From an uncultured archaeon (GTDB lineage Archaea > Asgardarchaeota > Heimdallarchaeia > Heimdallarchaeales > Heimdallarchaeaceae): a stretch of 11,913 nucleotides of DNA. The stretch's first letter is position 1. The number at the start of each line of letters is the position of its first letter. The stretch lies in assembly GCA_964549075.1 (NCBI GenBank), contig CAZJUB010000080.1, forward strand, positions 1 through 11,913. Direction: 5' to 3'. Below are positions 1 through 7,276 of the stretch, one piece after another. A program made the position numbers and the translations under genes. Under the pieces are notes generated by a model, which was not told the DNA's origin, searched no databases, and saw nothing but the letters and a program-made list of their open reading frames with translations.

Positions 1-2
1 AA

Positions 3-1180
3 TTCATTGATGATGAGTATGTTTACTATGGTTGTAAATATGCTTATGCGTTGGTATTGTGTTTTTACAGTAGAAATTTGGATAGTTCCTATTTGTTAGA
101 AGAATGTTGTCAGTATTTTTATTCAAATGATTTTTATCATGGTTTGGTTATGAGTTTGGGGATTCTAACAATAATTTATCAACAAACTCAAAATAAAGAG
201 AAATCAATGGATTTAACAAAAAAATCCTTGAAAGAAATGATTTTCTTAGAAATATTTCTGAAGAAATTAAATCAATAATTCACTTTTTCATAGGATTTAG
301 TCAAGAATTGTCTTTCAATCTCAATCTGGCTGAAGAACATCTGAATGAGACAATTAGAATTCTTCGACCCATCTATAAAACTAGTATTTATTCCAGCTAT
401 TACATAACTGCTCTGTCCTATCTTACTGCAACTAATGCACTTCAAGGAAAGCTAGAATTGGCTTATAATCAAATGATTGATATGGATGGACTAATAGAGG
501 AAGGAATAACAATAAGAAATTTGGATGATTTTAATAGAAAACAGTTGAAACACATTTTTGACTTAACAAAATTTTACATTTATTCAAGATTACAAAGCTT
601 TGAATCCAAAGATCTACTAGAATTGAAACAAACCATCCTTAAGAATATTAGTAGATACTATAGTAACTCAATCTTCTTCAGCGAATTTCTTTTAAATGCT
701 GAGCTAACTAAAGAACAACTTATAGAAATAAGGGATTTGAAAACTCCAAGTACAAAGAGAGTTGAACACATCATTAATTTTTTGATAGAAAAAACTACCA
801 ACACTGATGAACAAAGTATGATTAATTCAATATCTGAATTAAAAAGAAGACCTGCAAGAGATAGGATGACCTATGAAGAAAAAGCTTTTGCAGATTTGTT
901 AGCAGCTCAGGAATACTATAAACTAAGACGTTTTTCTGAAATCTATCCCCTTCTTAAAAAGTATAAAGAGAACCTAAATCGTATTGAAATACTTGAATTG
1001 CGTATATTTATGGAAGCTTTCATCCAAATTGGTGCTTTTAAAAATGGTGATCCTATGGGACCAGCTTTACAATATGTTGCTATTAGAAAGTGTCAACAAT
1101 ATGGTTTCAGTAGATTAGAAAATAAGCTGTTAAACTACTTAGAGCTTCAACATAAGGATATCATCCAATCATCATTTTAA
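3..1180 (+). CDS. 5'-partial alpha-helical (TPR-like) hypothetical protein, interrupted by a -1 frameshift at the A7 run 218-224; joins track ORFs 51..278 and 308..1180
   Basis: Frame 3 is open from the window edge (FIDDEYVYYGCKYAYALVLC...SMDLTKK). Frame 2 is open from 197 to the TAA ending at 1180. One extra A at 218-224 gives a continuous ...MDLTKK-ILERNDFLRNISEEIKSIIHFFIGFSQELSFNLNLAEEHL... The amphipathic helices with A/G/Y/L periodicity suggest helical repeats; I recognise no family. Confidence 0.7.
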
Positions 1181-1200
1181 ACCACAAAATACCAAAACAG

Positions 1201-1207
1201 TTTTTTT
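1201..1207 (+). terminator. oligo-T archaeal terminator candidate
   Basis: T7 run 20 nt after the stop at 1180. Confidence 0.4.
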
Positions 1208-1238
1208 AATCCCCAACAAGCAGACTTCACAGATTTCA

Positions 1239-1273
1239 ATCTTACCACGTAAAAAATGTTTGTGTGGTAAGAT
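1239..1273. repeat. intergenic inverted repeat / hairpin
   Basis: ATCTTACCAC (1239-1248) and GTGGTAAGAT (1264-1273) are perfect 10-bp arms. On the + strand RNA the stem extends to 15 bp with two G-U pairs. Confidence 0.75.
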
Positions 1274-1330
1274 AATTTTGAATAATTCGTTTTTTGTTGA
1301 ATTCTAACCTCTTGAATTAAAAATCATATG

Positions 1331-1346
1331 CCGATAAAGTTAAAAA
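1331..1346 (+). promoter_or_regulatory. BRE/TATA promoter of tRNA-Leu
   Basis: CCGATAAAG-TTAAAAA ending about 30 nt upstream of the mature tRNA 5' end. Confidence 0.55.
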
Positions 1347-1375
1347 TCTGTAGTCTCGGTCTATTACATACTCAC

Positions 1376-1460
1376 GCGGAGATTGCCGAGTGGACAAAGG
1401 CGCTAGAATGAGGATCTAGTTCTTAGTGATCCGGGAGTTCGAATCTCCCTCTCCGCACCA
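1376..1460 (+). tRNA. tRNA-Leu (anticodon GAG), intronless, CCA encoded
   Basis: Acceptor stem GCGGAGA/TCTCCGC, discriminator A, then CCA. D-arm GCCGAGTGGACAAAGGC. Anticodon stem CTAGA/TCTAG with loop ATGAGGA (GAG at 1410-1412). Long variable region 1420-1432. T-arm GGGAG-TTCGAAT-CTCCC. Confidence 0.96.
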
Positions 1461-1470
1461 GCTTTTACTC

Positions 1471-1650
1471 TTAACCAAACAGATTATCTATAGATGTTGT
1501 TGACCAATCTATCAGGCTAAAAATGACTCCAAAGATAACTGCGAAGATTAGAATTGCTATTCCTATTAGCAAAATCTCCTCTAGTATCGGTGATCCTCTC
1601 TTCTTGTTCTTGAAGAGTTTATACTCATTATACAATAACATCCTCAACAT
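1471..1650 (-). CDS. small class III signal peptide protein (short type IV/Flp-like pilin)
   Basis: Basic leader KNKKRG, then SPILEE (Glu at +5) and a hydrophobic helix ILLIGIAILIFAVIFGVIFSLI. The start is uncertain (TTG 1659, ATG 1650, ATG 1641); ATG 1650 fits the TATA-like TTAAATAT at 1684-1677. Confidence 0.72.
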   Translation of the reverse strand: MLRMLLYNEYKLFKNKKRGSPILEEILLIGIAILIFAVIFGVIFSLIDWSTTSIDNLFG

Positions 1651-1676
1651 AATTCTCAAATAATATACTGATACAG

Positions 1677-1684
1677 ATATTTAA
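1677..1684 (-). promoter_or_regulatory. TATA-like box for the pilin-like gene
   Basis: TTAAATAT on the minus strand about 27 nt upstream of ATG 1650. Confidence 0.4.
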
Positions 1685-1800
1685 GCACCACAAAATGAAA
1701 AGTGTCGGGAGCGTTTTTTCTTATTTTTTTCACCGGTTTTAAAGCCATTCAGAATACTACAAAAGCTCTTAAGGTACTCTAGTTAAAAAACTTGAATATG

Positions 1801-1814
1801 GAAAACCTTTTTTA
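1801..1814 (+). promoter_or_regulatory. BRE/TATA candidate for the rpo3 operon
   Basis: GAAAACC-TTTTTTA about 45 nt upstream of ATG 1860. SD-like GGGTG at 1850-1854. Confidence 0.45.
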
Positions 1815-1859
1815 CTATCATTAAGGGGTGCGATATAGAATCCTTTGCCGGGTGTGTTT

Positions 1860-2693
1860 ATGGATATAGAGCTTATAGAACTGTTTCCAAATTCGATAAA
1901 ATTCATTTTATCAGATGTATCTTTAGCTTTCGCTAACGCGATTAGAAGAACAAGTCTAGCGGAAGTCTCATCCTTAGTCATAGAGGACGTATATGTTTTG
2001 AAAAATACTTCTCCACTTTTCGATGAGTTTATTGCACATCGGCTTGGATTAATACCTTTGAAATACGATATCAATGAGTTAGATTTGAATTTCAGAGATG
2101 AATGTGATTGTGGTGGAATAGGGTGTAATATGTGTACAGTAACCTTAACTATCTCTAAAGAGACTGATAATCAAACCACAACAGTCGTTTATAGTTCTGA
2201 TTTAATTTCGTCAAACGAGGGTGTTGAACCCATTAGTTCAACCATTCCTATAGTAAAATTAGGACCAAATCAATCTTTGGAACTTGAGTGCATGGCACAA
2301 CTTGGCAGAGGAAAGGAACATGCAAAATGGCAACCTGTCTCAGCAATGGGTTATCAAATTTTTCCAATTCCGAAGATAAATAAGGAGAAATGCACAAATT
2401 GCCTTCTTTGCGTAGATGCTTGTTATAGGGGTGTTTATCAGAAAGTAGGTGATAACGTTCAAGTAGCGAATCCTCTAAACTGTACTTTGTGTGATTACTG
2501 TTTAGATATCTGCGAACCAGGTGCTATCACAATTAACAGTGACCCTACTAAGGTAATATTCTCATTTGAAACTAATGGAGGAATTGGTCCAGCTAATGTT
2601 CTAACAAAAGCTGGTGAATTACTTCTCTCTAACATCGACGAATTCAAAAAGACATTAGAATCAACATTGGTTGAAAAGGAAAAAGAATCATAA
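1860..2693 (+). CDS. rpoD: DNA-directed RNA polymerase subunit D (Rpo3, RPB3 homolog) with Zn loop and ferredoxin-like domain
   Basis: Motifs FANAIRR, NTSPLFDEFIAHRLGLIPL, IPIVKLGPNQ and GRGKEHAKWQPVS. Inserted CxxCxxCxxxC pair. ATG 1860 follows an SD-like GGGTG. Confidence 0.97.
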   Translation: MDIELIELFPNSIKFILSDVSLAFANAIRRTSLAEVSSLVIEDVYVLKNTSPLFDEFIAHRLGLIPLKYDINELDLNFRDECDCGGIGCNMCTVTLTISKETDNQTTTVVYSSDLISSNEGVEPISSTIPIVKLGPNQSLELECMAQLGRGKEHAKWQPVSAMGYQIFPIPKINKEKCTNCLLCVDACYRGVYQKVGDNVQVANPLNCTLCDYCLDICEPGAITINSDPTKVIFSFETNGGIGPANVLTKAGELLLSNIDEFKKTLESTLVEKEKES

Positions 2694-2703
2694 AGTGATT
2701 AAA

Positions 2704-3069
2704 ATGCCAAAAAGAACAGGACCAACTGATCCAAATGTGCTTGAACTGATAGATAAGCTAAAAAAGAAATCAGCAGAGACAAATGCTTCTTTATGGAAGA
2801 CTGTCGCTACTAGGATAGAAAAATCTAGAAGACAAAGAGCAGCTGTTAATCTTAGTAAGATAAATAGATATTCAAAAGCTAATGATATTGTTGTTGTTCC
2901 AGGTTCTGTTTTAAGTGCTGGTAACCTTAAACATAAACTTACTATTGCTGCTCTTAAATTCTCAGAAGGAGCAAAAGAGAAAATCAGTTCTGTTAATAGC
3001 AAGATACTTAGCCTAGATGAATTATTGGAGTCAGGGTTAGAAGTTAGTAAAATGAAGATAATCATCTAA
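2704..3069 (+). CDS. rpl18e: 50S ribosomal protein L18e (eL18)
   Basis: KRTGPTDPN, VNLSKINRY and VVVPGSVLSAG motifs; canonical position after rpoD. ATG 2704 is preferred over the overlapping TTG 2671. Confidence 0.96.
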   Translation: MPKRTGPTDPNVLELIDKLKKKSAETNASLWKTVATRIEKSRRQRAAVNLSKINRYSKANDIVVVPGSVLSAGNLKHKLTIAALKFSEGAKEKISSVNSKILSLDELLESGLEVSKMKIII

Positions 3070-3083
3070 TTGAGGAAAGAAAA

Positions 3084-3557
3084 ATGTCAAAAAAACAAAA
3101 AAATGTAGCCACAACTCAAGTAATCAGATCCAAGATAAACATAGATGCAGATAATGCTATTTTAGGTCGTTTAAGTTCAGAAGTGGCTAAATATCTGTTA
3201 GAAGGTTATGAAGTTAACATATTAAATTGTGAAAAAGCAATTATCTCGGGTAGAAAACACTCAATTCTAAATGAGTATAGAGATATGCAGAAAAAACACA
3301 CTCTTACAAATCCTAGAAGAGGTCCTTTTCATCCAAAGAGACCAGACCGTTTGGTAAGAAGGACAGTTCGAGGTATGTTGCCTTGGAAGAAACCTAGAGG
3401 AAGGCAAGCTTATCATAGACTCTTAACATACATAGGTATTCCAGAAGAACTATCAAAAAGTGAGATTATCAAACCTAAATTTGCAGATGCAAGTAAACTT
3501 ACAAACAGCAAGATAACCGTTGGAGAACTCTGTCGAGAGTTCGGATGGCAAGGATAA
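3084..3557 (+). CDS. rpl13: 50S ribosomal protein L13 (uL13)
   Basis: IDADNAILGRLSS, NCEKAIISG and GPFHPKRPDRLVRRTVRGMLP motifs; GAGG SD upstream. Confidence 0.97.
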   Translation: MSKKQKNVATTQVIRSKINIDADNAILGRLSSEVAKYLLEGYEVNILNCEKAIISGRKHSILNEYRDMQKKHTLTNPRRGPFHPKRPDRLVRRTVRGMLPWKKPRGRQAYHRLLTYIGIPEELSKSEIIKPKFADASKLTNSKITVGELCREFGWQG

Positions 3558-3570
3558 AAAGGTGAAAAAT

Positions 3571-3975
3571 ATGGCAAAAGTTATTGTATCTTCAGGAAAA
3601 AGAAAAACTGCAATCGCCAGAGCTACTCTCAAGAAAGGTAAAGGCAGAATACGAATAAATGGTGTTCCTCTTGAAGTCTTACCCAATGAATTGAGTAGGG
3701 TAAAGATTGGTGAGATTTTTATTATAGCAGGAGAAGATAAAAGAGACTCAGTAGATATAAAGGTCAACGTAACAGGTGGCGGTTATATGGGGCAAGCTGA
3801 AGCGATTAGAACAGCAGTTGCCAGAGGTTTAATTGAATATTTCGATGACCTCGGTATGAAAGAGAAGTTTGTCCAGTATGATAGAACTATTGTGTCTGGA
3901 GATCCTAGAAGAACTGAACCTAAACATTTTGGTGGAAAAAGTTCAAGATCAAGATTTCAAAAATCTTACAGATAA
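3571..3975 (+). CDS. rps9: 30S ribosomal protein S9 (uS9)
   Basis: SGKRKTAIARA, GGGYMGQAEAIRTA and DPRRTEPKHFGG...QKSYR motifs; AGGTGA SD before ATG 3571. Confidence 0.97.
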   Translation: MAKVIVSSGKRKTAIARATLKKGKGRIRINGVPLEVLPNELSRVKIGEIFIIAGEDKRDSVDIKVNVTGGGYMGQAEAIRTAVARGLIEYFDDLGMKEKFVQYDRTIVSGDPRRTEPKHFGGKSSRSRFQKSYR

Positions 3976-3981
3976 TATTTA

Positions 3982-4010
3982 TATCGATTTTTAATCGATA
4001 ACTATTTTAT
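3982..4010 (+). promoter_or_regulatory. palindrome overlapping a putative rtcA BRE/TATA (or rps9 terminator hairpin)
   Basis: TATCGATT-ttt-AATCGATA (3982-4000) overlaps CGATAAC-TATTTTAT (3996-4010), about 23 nt upstream of ATG 4033. Confidence 0.45.
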
Positions 4011-4032
4011 TTTACTTTATTATTTTCAAAAG

Positions 4033-5064
4033 ATGACAGTTGAATTAGATTGCTCTATTGGAGAAGGAGGAGGATCAGTTGTTAGAGTCTCTGTAGCTTT
4101 AGTTGCAGGTCAAAATAGAAACTTGAAATTATATAATATACGAGAAAACCGTGCTAAACCTGGACTTAGAGCTCAACATATAGAAGCAATTAACGCCGTA
4201 AAACAATTTTCTGGTATGTCGTCTCCTGATTTACAAATAGGAAATTCTCAGTTATTTCTTACTAAGGAAAATAACGAGGCTGATGTTGCATATGTAAATA
4301 TAGGAACAGCTGGAAGTATTGGTTTAGTCGCACAAGCTGTTATGTTTTATTCCTTTTCCCAGAAGAGAAATCTTGATTTAACCATCAAAGGTGGTGCAAC
4401 ACATGGAAAATGGGCACCTTCTGTAGAGTATATACAATCAGTAACAAATGAATTAGTTAGAAAAATGAATAAGAAAATAACTATTTCAGTTTCTAGATAT
4501 GGTTTCTTTCCAAGAGGTGGGGCAGAAGTAAGTATGAAATTTAATAAGCACGAAAGTCTACCACCTCTTGATTTAGTAGAGAGAGGAGCATTAGAGAAGG
4601 TAGAAATTTATGCTACAGCTTCGAGAAGTTTAGCAGAAAGAAACGTAGCTGAGCGACAAATTTCATCCTTCAGTAAGAAAATTAATACCTCTGTTGATAT
4701 TGTTGAAAATGTTAATTATATTGATAGTTTATCGGCTGGTACGGGACTAACTGTTGTAGATACTTATTCTTCAGGAACTAAAATGGGTTGTTTTATTCCA
4801 GGAGAAAGGGGTTTATCCTCTGAAAAAATAGGTGAACTATGTGCTAATTTATGGAAAAAGAACTCACAAAGTTCAGCTTCAGTAGATGCCTACGCAGCTG
4901 ACCAATTAATCGTTCCAATGGCTCTTAGTGAGGGTAAATCTGAGATTACAACAACCGAAATAACAAATCACACTAAAACAAATATTGAACTTGTTCATAA
5001 ATTCTTAAACCGAACAATAACATATGAAAAGCGAGAAAATTGTTTTAGACTTATCGTAACTTGA
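4033..5064 (+). CDS. rtcA: RNA 3'-terminal phosphate cyclase
   Basis: GEGGG..VR, IRENRAKPGLRAQH, TAGSIGLVAQ, GFFPRGG and YAADQL motifs, plus the adenylated His motif TNHTKTN (His313). Confidence 0.94.
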   Translation: MTVELDCSIGEGGGSVVRVSVALVAGQNRNLKLYNIRENRAKPGLRAQHIEAINAVKQFSGMSSPDLQIGNSQLFLTKENNEADVAYVNIGTAGSIGLVAQAVMFYSFSQKRNLDLTIKGGATHGKWAPSVEYIQSVTNELVRKMNKKITISVSRYGFFPRGGAEVSMKFNKHESLPPLDLVERGALEKVEIYATASRSLAERNVAERQISSFSKKINTSVDIVENVNYIDSLSAGTGLTVVDTYSSGTKMGCFIPGERGLSSEKIGELCANLWKKNSQSSASVDAYAADQLIVPMALSEGKSEITTTEITNHTKTNIELVHKFLNRTITYEKRENCFRLIVT

Positions 5065-5103
5065 AAATACTCTCTTAGTTATTTCACAGAACTTCTTTCT
5101 TAA

Positions 5104-5117
5104 CGACAGCTTTATAT
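5104..5117 (+). promoter_or_regulatory. BRE/TATA promoter of the rpl3-rpl4-rpl23-rpl2 operon
   Basis: CGACAGC-TTTATAT is a near-consensus archaeal promoter. Confidence 0.6.
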
Positions 5118-5190
5118 GATACTAACTGTGCCGGAGTACGGCATACGCACAGTAATGTCATGATTGGCAAAATAAACAAAAGTGATGTTT

Positions 5191-6192
5191 ATGGGGCATA
5201 GAAAGGTAAGTGCTCCCCATCGGTCATCATTGGGATACCGAAGGGTAAGAGCAAGAAGAATAGTCCCTGCACCTCGCGATTGGCAGAAGTACGAGGGTGC
5301 TCCGAAATTGTTAGGTTTCTTAGGAATAAAAGCAGGGATGACGCATTGCGTCTATATTGAAGATCGTCCAAGGAGTCACTTGGCGAATAGAGAGGTTACT
5401 GCAGCTGTAACTTGTATTGAAACACCCCCCATCGTTATATTCGGTTTGAGAGGGTACAAGAAAACACCTTATGGGCTTCAAATAGCTGCAGATCTTATGG
5501 CTTCTGAAAATAAAGAAGAACTCAAAAGAAAATTAAAACCTCCTAAGAAATATGACTTTAAGAAATCTAAGAAGAAATTTGAGGATAATCTTGAAGCTAT
5601 GGTAGAACTAAGAGCTGTTGTTCACACACAACCGTACTTAACCGGAATTGGAATGAAAACACCTCAGATTGCTGAAATAAAAATCGGTTGTAACACAATT
5701 AAGGAAGGTTACGACTATGGTCTTTCTCTATTAGGTAAGGAACTTCTGATAAGAGATGTTTTCAAAGCAGGAGAATTTGTTGATGCTATTGGTGTGACCA
5801 AAGGTAAAGGTTTCCAAGGTCCAGTTAAGAGACATGGTATAAAGATTCTACAGCACAAGTCTAAGGGGACTAAACGAGGAGTAGGTTCTATTGGACCGTG
5901 GCGTCCTGCAAGAACCATGTGGACAATACCTAGATACGGACAAATGGGTTTCAACATGAGAACTGATTATAATAAGAGAATTATGCAAATTGGTTCAGAT
6001 GGATCACAAATTGTTCCAAAAGGTGGTTTTGTAAAATATGGTTTAGTCAAGAATAACTATCTATTAGTTAAAGGATCAGTTCCTGGTTCCAAAAAGCGTA
6101 CAGTTATGTTAAGAGGGCAAGTAAGAGCCGCTCCTCAAGCAATAAAAGAACCACAGGTTCTCTTCATCTCTACAAAGAGTCAGCAAGGTTAG
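5191..6192 (+). CDS. rpl3: 50S ribosomal protein L3 (uL3)
   Basis: MGHRK start, KAGMTH, TKGKGFQGPVKR, GSIGPW and KGSVPG motifs. ATG 5191 follows the SD-like GTGAT; alternative starts at 5182 and 5185. Confidence 0.98.
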   Translation: MGHRKVSAPHRSSLGYRRVRARRIVPAPRDWQKYEGAPKLLGFLGIKAGMTHCVYIEDRPRSHLANREVTAAVTCIETPPIVIFGLRGYKKTPYGLQIAADLMASENKEELKRKLKPPKKYDFKKSKKKFEDNLEAMVELRAVVHTQPYLTGIGMKTPQIAEIKIGCNTIKEGYDYGLSLLGKELLIRDVFKAGEFVDAIGVTKGKGFQGPVKRHGIKILQHKSKGTKRGVGSIGPWRPARTMWTIPRYGQMGFNMRTDYNKRIMQIGSDGSQIVPKGGFVKYGLVKNNYLLVKGSVPGSKKRTVMLRGQVRAAPQAIKEPQVLFISTKSQQG

Positions 6193-6208
6193 AATGAGGT
6201 CGATAAAA

Positions 6209-6994
6209 ATGAATGTAATAAAATACTCAATCAACGGACAAAAAATGAGTGAAAAAGTTGAACTTCCTAATGTTTTTGAAACAACTCTCCGTCCTGATAT
6301 CATTAGAAGAGCAGTTCTTGCTGAACAAAGTTGGAAGAGACAACCTCAAGGAGTAAGTCCTTTAGCAGGTCAATTAGTTTCTGTTGAAAATTGGGGTCCT
6401 GGTAGAGGCGCAGCACGTGTTCCTCGTATAAAAGGATCTCGAACTCATAGTGCTCAAAGAGCAGCATTTGTGCCACAAGCTAGAGGCGGTCACAAAGCAC
6501 ATCCACCTAAAGCAGAGAAAAACATAGTAGAGAAGATTAACAGAAAAGAACATTTGCTCGCACTAAAATCTGCAATTGCTTATACAGCTCAAAAGGATGC
6601 TATTAGTGATAGAGGACACAGATTTGAAAGTAAAATGGAGTTCCCAATAGTAGTTGAATCTAAAGCTGAAGAAATTGAAAAAACAAGTGATGCACTCAGA
6701 TTATTAAGTAATCTAGGTCTTTCATTGGAACTCATGAGAATTAAACTCGGTAAGAAGATTAGACCAGGTAAAGGCAAAATACGAGGACGCAAATACAAAG
6801 TTCCAGTAGGGCCTTTAATTGTGGTTAAGGATAAAGATAGTTCATTAATCAAAGCAGGAAGAAACCTTCTTGGTGCAGAAGTTATTTCAGTTGATGAACT
6901 TACTACTGAGAAATTAGCCCCAGGAACATATCCTGGAAGACTTACTATCTGGACAGAGACTGCAATTCAATCTTTAGTTGAAAGGTTTGGGTGA
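6209..6994 (+). CDS. rpl4: 50S ribosomal protein L4 (uL4)
   Basis: LP.VF...RPDIIRRA, WGPGRGAARVPR, GGHKAHPPK, RPGKGKIRGRKY and LAPGTYPGRLTIWT motifs. GAGGT SD precedes ATG 6209; alternative ATG at 6194. Confidence 0.98.
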   Translation: MNVIKYSINGQKMSEKVELPNVFETTLRPDIIRRAVLAEQSWKRQPQGVSPLAGQLVSVENWGPGRGAARVPRIKGSRTHSAQRAAFVPQARGGHKAHPPKAEKNIVEKINRKEHLLALKSAIAYTAQKDAISDRGHRFESKMEFPIVVESKAEEIEKTSDALRLLSNLGLSLELMRIKLGKKIRPGKGKIRGRKYKVPVGPLIVVKDKDSSLIKAGRNLLGAEVISVDELTTEKLAPGTYPGRLTIWTETAIQSLVERFG

Positions 6995-7001
6995 ATAGAA
7001 A

Positions 7002-7262
7002 ATGGATCCGTACAAAATAATCAAAAAACCTCTCATATCCGAAAAGGATTTTGAGTTAATAGAACAAGAAAATAAACTTGTAATTTTAGTTGATCTTAAG
7101 GCAACTAAGAATCAAATCAAGGATGCAATAGAGAAACTTTACAATGTCAAAGTAGACAAAGTAAATACTCTCATAACTCCTAAAGGAACAAAAAAGGCAT
7201 ACGTAAAACTTAGTGATTTTGATGATGCAGCAGATATTGCATCAAGGATGGGCTTGTTCTAA
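7002..7262 (+). CDS. rpl23: 50S ribosomal protein L23 (uL23)
   Basis: [21 protein letters not shown] and [18 protein letters not shown] motifs. Confidence 0.98.
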   Translation: MDPYKIIKKPLISEKDFELIEQENKLVILVDLKATKNQIKDAIEKLYNVKVDKVNTLITPKGTKKAYVKLSDFDDAADIASRMGLF

Positions 7263-7276
7263 AGAAGGTGATATGA

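Noticed and set aside
51-278. 75-aa ORF as a stand-alone gene, and TTG 308 as a real start
   Set aside because: Both frames extend upstream of the called starts and are better explained as one frameshifted gene.
1231-1283. Hairpin as a SECIS element for the upstream gene
   Set aside because: There is no AUGA/GA quartet on either strand and no in-frame TGA in the visible part of the gene.
1278-1318. Three TTGAAT copies as a CRISPR-like or iteron array
   Set aside because: They are only 6 nt long, irregularly spaced, and expected in AT-rich DNA.
1701-1711. AGTGTCGGGAG resembling tRNA 1425-1437, as a possible att remnant flanking the pilin-like gene
   Set aside because: It needs two gaps in 13 nt, does not include the tRNA 3' end, and there is no integrase; consistent with chance.
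2671-3570. N-terminal extensions of eL18 (TTG 2671) and uS9 (TTG 3520) overlapping upstream genes
   Set aside because: The downstream ATGs at 2704 and 3571 have SD-like motifs and match the normal family N-termini.
4033-5064. Calling the cyclase-fold protein Rcl1
   Set aside because: The catalytic His motif and the RtcA-type R/R/QH and DQ residues are retained, and no Rcl1-specific features are evident.
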